Source of the DNA: an uncultured Sulfurovum sp.
GTDB taxonomy: Bacteria > Campylobacterota > Campylobacteria > Campylobacterales > Sulfurovaceae
DNA length: 64,000 nt
NCBI GenBank assembly: GCA_947311605.1
Contig: CAMZLC010000058.1
Coordinates: forward strand, 4,707 to 68,706
Reading direction: 5' to 3'
Shown here: in pieces, positions 53,390 through 62,581 of the stretch
Position numbering within the stretch: the stretch's first letter is position 1
Layout of the letters: the number at the start of each line of letters is the position of its first letter
The notes under the pieces: model-generated
What the model saw: the letters and a program-made list of their open reading frames with translations, nothing else
Told to the model about the DNA's origin: nothing
The model's database searches: none
Translations under genes and position numbers: made by a program

Positions 53390-54727
53390 TTAAGAACATT
53401 TGGTTTCTATATATTCTGCAATTTTGAGCTTGAGAGTAGATTCAATACAAAATTTTTCTATATCATTGTCCACATCAATGAGTCCAACTTTTTTACCTAG
53501 TTTTTTTCCACCATAAATAGCTTCTGGGTGAGTAAGACATCCAAGCCCCATGATACCACGATACAAAGGGGTCTTTAACTTTGATGGTACCATACCTTCA
53601 TCGACCCTTATCAGCTCATCACCTTCAGGCCGCCAAAGAGATCCGTATTCCCGATAGGCAGCAATCACACTATCATATCCACCGTGGAGAAGTCCTTCAA
53701 TCATCCGGTCTATTAATTTATCCGACCGAAATGGAAACTCTTCCTCCAATAAAAAAATTAAATCGGGATAATAGTTTTTGTCAGCCAATTGATCCAGTAC
53801 ATATTTGTAAACCTGGACTAATGAAATATAGGGAAAAGATAGATCTTTTGGCCTCAATATAGCAGTTGTGTTCAGCTTGTCTGCGATATCAATCGTTTCA
53901 TTATTATCAGAAGCAATAACAATCTTGTTTAGCAACTTTGATTTTTTTGCATTTGCAATGGTTTTTTCTATCAAATATCGGCCGTTTATCTTTCTGGGAG
54001 CACCTCTTGAAGGAATAATAGCAACAATATTAAGTCCTTCTAAAACACAACTATATTTTTGATTATGAATTTGTTCCAGTATTCTAACTATCCCCTTTGC
54101 CCTGGTTACATTTCGTCCCTGGTTGATACCATGGTAGTGATAAACACTAGCCTCTGGTTCATAAATTATTTGATATCCATTTTTTAGAATCTTCTGAGCC
54201 CAGATTCTATCTTCTATATGATCAGCTCCTTCATCAAAAGGAAATTCATCCCAGACAACACGCTTCACCATACTGTTTGCATTATGAAAAAAAGGATCTT
54301 TCTTTTGATACTTTTTGTCCAAACCGAAAATATTTATAAGATCACGTTTATCTAAGTCACTCGTAAAAGAAAGTGGCTCTTGCCGGCCATAGACACCTGC
54401 AGTTTCAGGGGAAGTGAAATTTCTAACTAAATTCTCCAGCCAATACTGATCAACAGGGATACAATGTGCTGAAATAACAACAAAGTACTCGCCTGTAGAC
54501 GCCTGAACCCCAAGATTGATAGCATAACCAGGTTTAAAAACATCAGCTTCATAACGTATAACATTTACATCAAAAGCCTTGGCTTTTTCGATGGTACGAT
54601 CCGTACTCTTGTTATCAACCAGAACAACTTCAATATCCTGAATAGATTGACTAAAAATGGCATCTAAACATGAAGTAATCCATTTTTCTTCATTTCTAGA
54701 TCTAATGATTATGGATATTTTCTTCAT
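53390..54727 (-). CDS. Fusion protein: N-terminal GT2 (GT-A) domain plus C-terminal cytidylyltransferase-like domain
   Basis: The N-domain has ISIIIRSRNEEKWI...VVLVDNKSTDRT. From about aa 231 (53390..54037): NIVAIIPSRGAPRKINGRYLIEKTI...IASDNNE...LRPKDLS, a NeuA-like layout with a degenerate glycine-rich loop. Confidence 0.7.
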   Translation of the reverse strand: MKKISIIIRSRNEEKWITSCLDAIFSQSIQDIEVVLVDNKSTDRTIEKAKAFDVNVIRYEADVFKPGYAINLGVQASTGEYFVVISAHCIPVDQYWLENLVRNFTSPETAGVYGRQEPLSFTSDLDKRDLINIFGLDKKYQKKDPFFHNANSMVKRVVWDEFPFDEGADHIEDRIWAQKILKNGYQIIYEPEASVYHYHGINQGRNVTRAKGIVRILEQIHNQKYSCVLEGLNIVAIIPSRGAPRKINGRYLIEKTIANAKKSKLLNKIVIASDNNETIDIADKLNTTAILRPKDLSFPYISLVQVYKYVLDQLADKNYYPDLIFLLEEEFPFRSDKLIDRMIEGLLHGGYDSVIAAYREYGSLWRPEGDELIRVDEGMVPSKLKTPLYRGIMGLGCLTHPEAIYGGKKLGKKVGLIDVDNDIEKFCIESTLKLKIAEYIETKCS

Positions 54728-54766
54728 ATGTTTCTCTTTCCAGGTTCATTTAAAACCAACCTGCCT

Positions 54767-55405
54767 TCAGTCTTTAAAATCTTCATCAATATATTTCGAG
54801 ATATCACCTTCTATCCTTTCTAAATCCAAGTTAAAAAAAGACGCATTTTGTTTAATTCGCTCTTCAGGCCAATCCCACCATTGAATGGTTTCAAGTTGAT
54901 CGATAATATCTTGACTGAACCTCCAACGATGCTGACGGCTTGGATTACCGTAATTAACAGAATAAGAAGCAATATTTTTAGTTAGCACACTTCCTGCTCC
55001 GATCACAGCCCCATTCCCAATTGACACACCAGGTAATATTGTTACATTTTCCCCTATCCAGACATTATGTCCAAGAACAACAGGTCCATTGGTTTTGACA
55101 ATACTCTTAAACCCATGTTTTCGTTGAAATCCTATCTGCACATTTGGATAACAAGTGTGATGATCTGTTGTTAAAATATGTATCCCATATCCCAATGCAC
55201 AATATCTTCCGATAACACAATTTTCACTCCCGCGTATATTAATCGCACCATTTATTCTACTGTAATCTCCAATCTCAATTCGTGGACATTGAATAACAGA
55301 TTCCATTGGCAACCGAACATCATTACCCAGTATAATTTCAATTTTCCTGCCTGGATCTACAACCAGTTCCATTTCAGGGAGTAATGACATTCCGTATTCC
55401 ATCAA
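54767..55405 (-). CDS. Hexapeptide-repeat acetyltransferase of the Vat/CatB (xenobiotic acetyltransferase) type
   Basis: LbH repeats, [28 protein letters not shown], and the C-terminal WWDWPEERI block. The start is uncertain: ATGs at 55405, 55390 and 55372, the last 1 nt after the upstream TGA. Confidence 0.8.
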   Translation of the reverse strand: MMEYGMSLLPEMELVVDPGRKIEIILGNDVRLPMESVIQCPRIEIGDYSRINGAINIRGSENCVIGRYCALGYGIHILTTDHHTCYPNVQIGFQRKHGFKSIVKTNGPVVLGHNVWIGENVTILPGVSIGNGAVIGAGSVLTKNIASYSVNYGNPSRQHRWRFSQDIIDQLETIQWWDWPEERIKQNASFFNLDLERIEGDISKYIDEDFKD

Positions 55406-56294
55406 GTTCGCTTACAAGATTACTAAAATCAGAAAAACCTAATGCCTGTAGTGGATCAACCCATGCCTGTTCTGGATCAGGATGAACTTCAATTAGCAAA
55501 CCGTCTGCACCTGCTGCAATAGCAGCACGAGACATGGCAGCAACATATTTTCGCTTAAAAGTAGCATGACTGGGGTCAATGATTACTGGGACAGAAGGCG
55601 CATATTCTTTAAGAGCTGGAATAGCCTGAATATCCAAAATTGCACGAGAATCAACATTATGTGTATGAGCAACAGAGACGCCTCTTTCGCAAATGGCAAA
55701 ATTATGTTTTCCGCGCGCCTCAAAATGTTCACAAACTCCTAATAAAGAACGTAAACTTTCTCCATAATGGCGTTTAATAAGTAGCGGTTTAGCCGTTTTA
55801 GCTAAAACCTCTATTAAATCCATATTAAACATGTGCCGATATCCTATTTGAAACATATCAACATAGTCGGTCATCATATCAATGGAAGAGGCATAAGTTA
55901 TTTCAGAAACGACTGCTAATCCGTATTTTTCACCAGCTTCTCTGAGATAAGCCAATCGTTTCTCTGCCGCCTTAAACATTTCAGGTAAAGTCATCACAAC
56001 ATTGCGATCAAGGCCAGTGCCTTTTGCACCCGCATCAGGCTGCCCAAGAGGATCTCCGTAGGGAAAAGTCAAAGGTTTAAAAACGCCACCTCGCAACATA
56101 GTAGCTCCAGCCTCTTTAACAGCCTTTGCAGTTTCAAGAATTTGATCGCGGCTCTCTACTGTGCATGGCCCGGCCATATGGGTTAATTCCTTGCCACCAA
56201 TTTCTACATTACCCGCAATAACCTCACGTTTATAATCCTGCCGACATACAAGAGGGATATTATTTTGCAGATCACTTTCTGATATATCTTTCAT
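55374..56294 (-). CDS. DAHP synthase / KDO8P synthase family (type I-beta) aldolase with an altered KPRT motif
   Basis: [68 protein letters not shown]. Metal ligands Cys, His, Glu and Asp are all present. The motif reads KPLT where KPRT/S is expected. Confidence 0.8.
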   Translation of the reverse strand: MKDISESDLQNNIPLVCRQDYKREVIAGNVEIGGKELTHMAGPCTVESRDQILETAKAVKEAGATMLRGGVFKPLTFPYGDPLGQPDAGAKGTGLDRNVVMTLPEMFKAAEKRLAYLREAGEKYGLAVVSEITYASSIDMMTDYVDMFQIGYRHMFNMDLIEVLAKTAKPLLIKRHYGESLRSLLGVCEHFEARGKHNFAICERGVSVAHTHNVDSRAILDIQAIPALKEYAPSVPVIIDPSHATFKRKYVAAMSRAAIAAGADGLLIEVHPDPEQAWVDPLQALGFSDFSNLVSELDGIRNVITP

Positions 56295-56352
56295 TTGGTG
56301 TCCTTATTTAATATATGAATGCTATGATTTACTTTAATCAGTAAAACGTTTG

Positions 56353-57402
56353 TCAAACCTTTGCCATTGTACTTCTTACCAAGTCACGATCAGATAACCG
56401 CAACTTTGCAGCAACAGTGGCCATATCATATGCAATAACAGCCTGCTCTAGGTTCATTTCTCTACCATTAAGAGTGTTGCAACCTGCCAGACCAGCCAGG
56501 AAAAGTAAAACTGTTTCTTCAGGTTGATATATAATATCAAAAACCATAGGACTGTCTGCGGCAATGAGTATCTCCATTGCCTGGTTGAGGTTTTTCTTTA
56601 CAGACTCTCTCACCTGCCGACAATATGCTCTCTCCCCTTCATCTGTATTCACTGGAACATTTGCAGTTTTGTCGATTGAGCCGATAGAAGTATATGGCCG
56701 GAGACTTATAAATCCTCCTCCATCCCGAAGCATATTTTCAAATCCAATTGAAGAACAATTAATAATAATATCAGTATTAGCAACATCGCTAGTGTTTATT
56801 GGCCAGCCAATAGAAGAACTCTTGCAAACATCTCCTAATTTATCTGCGAGTATCATCGCAGAATGCTCATTCCTGTTGGATAATAATATTGTCCCCTGTG
56901 CCCCGATCTCATTGGCAACGTACGTGGCAACGGCACTTCCTGCACCACCTGTACCAATTAATAGTATTTTCTTCCCATTGAGATCTTCACCATTTTTCTT
57001 GAGTTTTTCCGTGAGGCTCCACAAAGCACCTGCACCATCTGTATTCGTTCCAACCAACCCCGCTTGACTTCGATAGATACAATTAACAGCACCTATTATT
57101 TTTGCTTCAGGCTGAACCTTATCCAAAAATGGTAATATCTCTACTTTATACGGCATTGTAACCGCACCACCGATAAAACGAGAATCATCTTTCAAGGCAG
57201 CTACTACATACTCCAACCGGTTAGGTGGTAAATCCATTGGGTGCATAAAAGCAGAAATATCTTCCCGCTGAAAAGCAGCATTCCACAACAATGGTGAACG
57301 GGCCCCCTGTGAAGGCGATTCACCAAGAATTGCTGCATAATAGCGCGTTGCGCCAAAATCTAAAGTATCGCCATTACTTAGTAAAGAAGTTAATTGATTC
57401 AT
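56353..57402 (-). CDS. Shikimate/quinate dehydrogenase family oxidoreductase (AroE-like paralogue)
   Basis: AILGESPSQGARSPLLWNAAF, VTMPYK (catalytic Lys), NTDGAGAL (catalytic Asp), LLIGTGGAGSAVA (NAD(P) fold). Confidence 0.8.
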   Translation of the reverse strand: MNQLTSLLSNGDTLDFGATRYYAAILGESPSQGARSPLLWNAAFQREDISAFMHPMDLPPNRLEYVVAALKDDSRFIGGAVTMPYKVEILPFLDKVQPEAKIIGAVNCIYRSQAGLVGTNTDGAGALWSLTEKLKKNGEDLNGKKILLIGTGGAGSAVATYVANEIGAQGTILLSNRNEHSAMILADKLGDVCKSSSIGWPINTSDVANTDIIINCSSIGFENMLRDGGGFISLRPYTSIGSIDKTANVPVNTDEGERAYCRQVRESVKKNLNQAMEILIAADSPMVFDIIYQPEETVLLFLAGLAGCNTLNGREMNLEQAVIAYDMATVAAKLRLSDRDLVRSTMAKV

Positions 57403-57437
57403 ATTCTATTACCTCTTCCAAAAGAACCGGAGTGGTT

Positions 57438-58493
57438 TTATCGACCGAGTTTATCAGAGAGTAGTCGATCTTTCATTGCGATCCAACCTCCCGTTTCAAC
57501 ACTTTTATAGAGAGCATGAACAAAATTAACAACTGGCAAACTGGCAGTACCAGTAATTGGAGGATCTATCCTGCCAGCAGCGAGTCTGTCAATTATTTCC
57601 TGCATCAAAGGACCATGGGATAAGCCATATCCAGTTGGCACTTCCTGGGAATAATCAGTTGGAATTGTAGTATCTTCCGGGATCTTCTCAACAAAATCCC
57701 AGGTATCAATGTTGTTTAGAGCAATACCGCCAATTACTGCCAGTCCTTTTTCTCCAACAATGGACATGGATGCTTCAAAATCTTCAGGCCTGGCTGCAGT
57801 GGTTGCCTCGATGGCACCTAAAGCACCGCTTTCAAAAAGTAACGAACCAACCATTGTATCTTCTGCTTCAAGATCATTTAGAGCATTCGTCTTGAGAGCA
57901 CATACCTTCGCGACCGGGCCACAAACCCACTGTAAAGCATCAAGATGATGAATAGCCTGCTGATTAATAACACCACCATCCATTTTCCAGGTACCATGCC
58001 AACCATCTTCATAATAATCCTGATAACGACACCAGCGAAGACGAATAGTGGCCAGCACGATCTTACCAAATCGACCAGCATCAAAAGTTTCTTTGAGTTT
58101 AATCATGGCAGGATTAAGGCGATTCTGGAAAATCACTGCATACATCAAGCCCTTTTCAGCTGCAAGCTTCTCATCTTTTAATACTTGATCTGGCAATAAA
58201 GCTGGTGGTTTTTCAACAATTACATGTTTGCCGGCATTAAGTGCCGCCTGGACATGTCTATGATGATTTCCTGATTCTGTTGCAATTAAAATAACATCAA
58301 CATCTTTCCTCAAAAACAACTCTGTATCATCGGTCAGTGGAACTGCATCAAACAAAGCTGCAGTTTTCTCAGCTTTTTCTAAATCTTTATCACAAACTGC
58401 TGTGATTACAGCCCCTTGAAGTTCGTTAAGGAAAACATCATTATATCTATTTTGTACAACACGACCTGCTGCAAGTATCCCGATCCGTATCAC
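57438..58493 (-). CDS. Gfo/Idh/MocA family NAD(P)-dependent oxidoreductase
   Basis: IRIGILAAGRV, IVEKPPAL, C-terminal alpha/beta dimerisation-domain pattern. GTG start preceded by GAGAGG at 6 nt. Confidence 0.85.
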   Translation of the reverse strand: MIRIGILAAGRVVQNRYNDVFLNELQGAVITAVCDKDLEKAEKTAALFDAVPLTDDTELFLRKDVDVILIATESGNHHRHVQAALNAGKHVIVEKPPALLPDQVLKDEKLAAEKGLMYAVIFQNRLNPAMIKLKETFDAGRFGKIVLATIRLRWCRYQDYYEDGWHGTWKMDGGVINQQAIHHLDALQWVCGPVAKVCALKTNALNDLEAEDTMVGSLLFESGALGAIEATTAARPEDFEASMSIVGEKGLAVIGGIALNNIDTWDFVEKIPEDTTIPTDYSQEVPTGYGLSHGPLMQEIIDRLAAGRIDPPITGTASLPVVNFVHALYKSVETGGWIAMKDRLLSDKLGR

Positions 58494-58519
58494 TGTTTAC
58501 CTCTCATTAATAAGCAAAA

Positions 58520-60304
58520 TCAACTAATAATGCACTGGTTCTCGCACATCCTGGAGAAGCGGGAACCTTTTCGTTCCAACAATTCATCCCAGGATCCTTT
58601 TTCAATTATTTTCCCATCTTCAACAATATAGATAATATCACAGATTTTCAACGTCGATAGGCGATGTGCCACAAGAATCATAGTCTTGCTACCTAACATT
58701 GCCTGTATACTGTTCTGAATAGATTTTTCAGATTCAGTATCGAGTGCTGATGTCGCTTCGTCAAATATCAAAATTTCTCGAGACAAATACAGCTCCCTGG
58801 CAATGGAGATACGCTGGCGCTGCCCACCTGACAACTTAACCCCCTTATCTCCAACTTTGGTGGAATAGCCCTCTGGAGCTTGCTCAATCAACTCATTGCA
58901 ATTTGCCATATTCACGGCTTGGTAAACACGTTTCCATTCCTGCTCTGTATCTCTAAACTTCATCAAGGTGATGTTATTCAGAATGGTATCATTAAACACA
59001 ACCGGTTCCTGAGTAATATACCCGAAAAGAGAACGTAACGAGTACATATCAATATCATTATAAGATTTTCCGTCAAGCAGAACATTCCCTTTGGAGGGAA
59101 CAACCAAGCCAGTAATAAGATCAAGAATGGTGGTTTTACCAGACCCTGACGGCCCGGCAATACCAATACAGGTGTTTTTTTGAATATTAATACTTACACT
59201 TTTTAGTATTATATCCTCACCATAAGCGACATTAACACAATCAACAGACAAGGATGAATTAAAACCATTTATACAGGTCCCATACGTCCTTTCCTGGTTA
59301 ACCGCTAAAGCTTTCTTTGCAATTTCGACCGTACGTACGCCACCAATCATACCGCAAAAACTTTGCCATCGTTCCTGAGCCAAAAAAAGATAGGTAATAC
59401 CTTTATGAATAAAAAGAACAGGAATCAGTGCAGTTATTACACTTTGTCCTCGAATTTCCACAATATAATAAAAAACGACGAGAAAGAGCAGGATTTTGAT
59501 AAAGGCAAAAGTAGAATTCGTGAAGGCGTTAAGGAGTTGGGTTGAAAACATCAACCTTGTATTTACCTTTATTTCATTAGTTAGGGAGGCCGATACAGTT
59601 GCTGCATTGCCAGTAGATTTCAAGTATTTAAAATAATGAATGAATTGAATAAAGAAATCCTGGATTTTGGCATTTGAATTTGCCAATTCAAATGAAAATC
59701 CCGAGGACAATATCCGAATTTTCTTAAACAGAAAATGTACTGTTGCACCCGCTGAGATAATAATTATTGTAAAATACAGATTAATAGCTAGCGACATCGA
59801 CAAAAATACCATTGCTGAACAAAGTGCAACCACGACTTCAGAATAGCGGCGAAAGGACCCTATTGTGGTATCGCACTCCTTATTCACAATATTATTAAAA
59901 TATCCTGTCGTAGTATTGACAAAATAGCTGTATTTCATCTTGCTATATTCAACAGCAAAATATGTCTTCAGTTCCCTGAGGAAAGAATTAATGATATAGA
60001 GACGGGATACTTCCTGGAATAAGTAAAAAACTGATTTCAGGAAAAATACAATAACAATAAAAATTATCAGCGAAGAAAACGTCTTCTCAAGGTTAAAAAA
60101 ATCTAATATTGTTGTAAGAATTCTAGAAATATAATCTTGCGAATCAACCTTTGAGTTCAAGGTCAAAAGAGGAACGACACTAGCAATACCCAGGCTTTCT
60201 AATAGTGTTGCAATAAGGGACAACACTATAAACAGGTAAAATGACCAACCAGTATAACTTCTAAAAACAGAAAAATAATATCCAAAAGAACCAAGTTTCA
60301 ACAT
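58520..60304 (-). CDS. Fused TMD-NBD ABC exporter (MsbA/PglK-like type IV exporter fold)
   Basis: Six N-terminal TM helices. Walker A GPSGSGKTT, signature LSGGQRQRISIAREL, Walker B ILIFDEATSALD. Confidence 0.9.
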   Translation of the reverse strand: MLKLGSFGYYFSVFRSYTGWSFYLFIVLSLIATLLESLGIASVVPLLTLNSKVDSQDYISRILTTILDFFNLEKTFSSLIIFIVIVFFLKSVFYLFQEVSRLYIINSFLRELKTYFAVEYSKMKYSYFVNTTTGYFNNIVNKECDTTIGSFRRYSEVVVALCSAMVFLSMSLAINLYFTIIIISAGATVHFLFKKIRILSSGFSFELANSNAKIQDFFIQFIHYFKYLKSTGNAATVSASLTNEIKVNTRLMFSTQLLNAFTNSTFAFIKILLFLVVFYYIVEIRGQSVITALIPVLFIHKGITYLFLAQERWQSFCGMIGGVRTVEIAKKALAVNQERTYGTCINGFNSSLSVDCVNVAYGEDIILKSVSINIQKNTCIGIAGPSGSGKTTILDLITGLVVPSKGNVLLDGKSYNDIDMYSLRSLFGYITQEPVVFNDTILNNITLMKFRDTEQEWKRVYQAVNMANCNELIEQAPEGYSTKVGDKGVKLSGGQRQRISIARELYLSREILIFDEATSALDTESEKSIQNSIQAMLGSKTMILVAHRLSTLKICDIIYIVEDGKIIEKGSWDELLERKGSRFSRMCENQCIIS

Positions 60305-60358
60305 TCAGAGACACTTATTAAGCTTTGAAAATATTGGTAAATTTTCAGTTCACTACGG

Positions 60359-60916
60359 TTAGTTCTGTTCATTTGATTCACATGCTTTTATTTTTCTTGC
60401 TGGTACTCCAGCATATATTGCTCCTGACCGCAGGGTTCCCTTCACAATAGCTCCAGCACCCACAACAACACGATTTTCAATTATTGAGCCAGGTAGAATA
60501 ACAACTCTTGATCCTATATATACGTCAGAACCAATTGTGACAGGTTCGTAAATTGCTCCTTGTTTACACAAAGGTAAGTCAGGAGAAACAATCCTGTGCT
60601 CAGAAGTGTGCACAGTCAAATCAGAACCAATCTCAACATTATCCCCTATTTCTAACCGATCAAATAAAAACAATTTGGCCCCCACACCCAGTTTTGAACC
60701 AGATCCCATGGTCAAGTTCCTTGGATTTACGATATAAGACTGAAACCGAACAAAAGAACCGTTTTTTATAACAGCGCCTCTCTTGACCAAGGAATAACCT
60801 CTTAGTTCCTCAATAATCTCACCGATCACCGCAACATCATGCCTAATTTCGATTGTATTACATAAAGAAAAGACCAAATACCAGAACATTCGATTAAAGC
60901 CACGTATAATTCTCAT
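60359..60916 (-). CDS. Hexapeptide-repeat acetyltransferase (WcaF/Maa-like)
   Basis: LbH repeats. VYIGSRVVILPGSIIENRVVVGAGAIVKGTLRSGAIYAGVPARKI. Confidence 0.75.
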   Translation of the reverse strand: MRIIRGFNRMFWYLVFSLCNTIEIRHDVAVIGEIIEELRGYSLVKRGAVIKNGSFVRFQSYIVNPRNLTMGSGSKLGVGAKLFLFDRLEIGDNVEIGSDLTVHTSEHRIVSPDLPLCKQGAIYEPVTIGSDVYIGSRVVILPGSIIENRVVVGAGAIVKGTLRSGAIYAGVPARKIKACESNEQN

Positions 60917-60934
60917 CCAGCACCAAGTATCAAC

Positions 60935-62392
60935 TTATGAAGTGGAACTCAAATAGTAACTATCTGTGCCAATTGCTTTGATAAAAACAGGTGATTTCAA
61001 ACCGATTGCATCAGAAAAAATGGATACTTTTGCACTAATTTCATCATGTGAAATTCCGGGGAATTTGTTACGTTTTAGTCCCTCTACATCAGTGTCAGCC
61101 TGTCTGTTTATTTGTCGATGGCAGAGTGATTTGACCATAGTTACTACCATACTCAACAAAGATGATTGTGCTACCGTAGAAATTGAAGCAGATTCTTCCT
61201 CAAGATGCCCTTGGCATCTTTTCTCCCACACTGGTGTTCGCTTTAAAATAAAATCAGCTATTGTACCAGCTGAATATAATCCAACATTAGCGATATATTT
61301 TTCTATTAGCTCAAAATCATATATTTCCGAATACACACCGATTCCTTGTTGCCCATCCACACAATCCTGGACGACCTCTAACAATATACCAAGGTCTGTT
61401 ATCTTATAGCCAGCCTCAACAGGCAACCATTGAACCAGTTCAGGATCATAAGCAGGACAGAAAGAGATAGTTAATTTGCCCATCAACATTGCTTCAATAC
61501 CCGTAGTGCAGTCGTGATGTATAACCGTAAGGGCTCCGTTTATCCAGTTTTGTGCATTTCCTTCTCTAATTACATGGATATTACTAATTTCTGCAAAGAG
61601 CTGCTGATAAGTATTCAAATTTTCGACAGGATGTGGACGAATAACAATATCCTTATCTTTAAAACGCTCAGCCAGCGCAAGTATCATTTCCACAAATCCA
61701 TCAAAAACAGTCTGTTGATACTCCTCTTCTCTGTTAATTCTCTCAGGGTTAAAATAATCGCCCCCAACTTTTTTGTCGTATTCTCTCAAGAAAGCATTCT
61801 TCTTATCAAACTTAATACGGCCTTCACAGCCAAGTTGATTATTTACAAAGGCAAAATCTGTGTTTATCAAAATATAGTCCGGCTTTATTGTTTCTTTGCC
61901 ACAAGAAATAGTTTGATGGTAGCTATTAAATTCAGGTCTGCATAAATCAAATCGAGGATTGCCAGAAACTACATTTTTATTCTTATCCAATGATGTTTTT
62001 TGCTCTAATAACTCATTCCTAATTTCTTCCCCCCAAGAGAAATATACGTCAAGAAAAGGAATTGTTTCATCTGTCAGCCGAAGACATACATTAGATAATG
62101 ACCTAGTAAAAACTCCACCTTCCTCATCCAAGATAGCGAGAATACCGCCAGCTTTTTTAATTCTCGGATCTATTGCACCATTTATTCCTTTTGCTATATA
62201 TACAAACGGCTGTCTTTCTTGAAACATATACTGATGAACTTCTTCTTTTTTCCCAAGAATACAATCAAACCCTCGCTTGATAAGCTCAAGACATAAAAGT
62301 AAACGCCCTTCAAAATCTCTTTGAATAACTTCAATCGGTAAAACACAATACATAAGATTATAATAAGTTTGATAAGCTCGTAAAAAGGTCAA
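60935..62392 (-). CDS. Hypothetical surface-carbohydrate biosynthesis protein, possibly GT-B/capsule-type transferase-like
   Basis: N-terminal PIEVIQRDFEGRLLLCLELIKRGFDCILG. C-terminal IRPHPVEN...IHVIREGNAQNWINGALTVIHHDCTTGIEAMLMGK resembles the C-domain of capsule or TagF-type enzymes. The ORF-track start is a TTG; the first ATG is at 62353. Confidence 0.35.
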   Translation of the reverse strand: MTFLRAYQTYYNLMYCVLPIEVIQRDFEGRLLLCLELIKRGFDCILGKKEEVHQYMFQERQPFVYIAKGINGAIDPRIKKAGGILAILDEEGGVFTRSLSNVCLRLTDETIPFLDVYFSWGEEIRNELLEQKTSLDKNKNVVSGNPRFDLCRPEFNSYHQTISCGKETIKPDYILINTDFAFVNNQLGCEGRIKFDKKNAFLREYDKKVGGDYFNPERINREEEYQQTVFDGFVEMILALAERFKDKDIVIRPHPVENLNTYQQLFAEISNIHVIREGNAQNWINGALTVIHHDCTTGIEAMLMGKLTISFCPAYDPELVQWLPVEAGYKITDLGILLEVVQDCVDGQQGIGVYSEIYDFELIEKYIANVGLYSAGTIADFILKRTPVWEKRCQGHLEEESASISTVAQSSLLSMVVTMVKSLCHRQINRQADTDVEGLKRNKFPGISHDEISAKVSIFSDAIGLKSPVFIKAIGTDSYYLSSTS

Positions 62393-62581
62393 TTAAAAGA
62401 TGGCTAAATAAAAAATGTAGCAACGAAGCAGATGAAGAGTTTTTACGACGCCATCAAGTTTGACATTAAGTAAATTTAAAGAAAATGAACACATTACCTG
62501 TTGATATTTTAATTGATAATTGGGTGTGTAAATATACGATTATGTGATTTATCTTTTTTCGATAATACACAGCCAGGATAC

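Noticed and set aside
54767-55405. WWDW motif considered as a sign of a PglB/STT3-type oligosaccharyltransferase (WWDYG)
   Set aside because: The protein is a 212-aa soluble hexapeptide-repeat acetyltransferase. C-terminal WWDWPEERI is characteristic of Vat/CatB-type acetyltransferases, not of the polytopic OST.
56564-57067. 167-aa plus-strand ORF, together with many other 60-140-aa ORFs antisense to the minus-strand genes (for example 22014-22382, 32619-33047, 60966-61409, 61514-61945)
   Set aside because: All lie fully inside minus-strand genes that have strong family motifs. Their translations are low-complexity or Ser/Pro/Ile-rich with no recognisable motifs and no Shine-Dalgarno context. 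This is typical shadow-frame noise in AT-rich DNA.
55374-57402. Reading the DAHP-synthase-like and AroE-like genes as ordinary aromatic amino acid (shikimate) biosynthesis
   Set aside because: No aroB, aroD/Q, aroK, aroA or aroC genes lie nearby. The genes are embedded and translationally packed among cytidylyltransferases, acetyltransferases and glycosyltransferases. The aldolase also carries a KPLT variant of the substrate-binding motif. The canonical reading cannot be excluded without assays.
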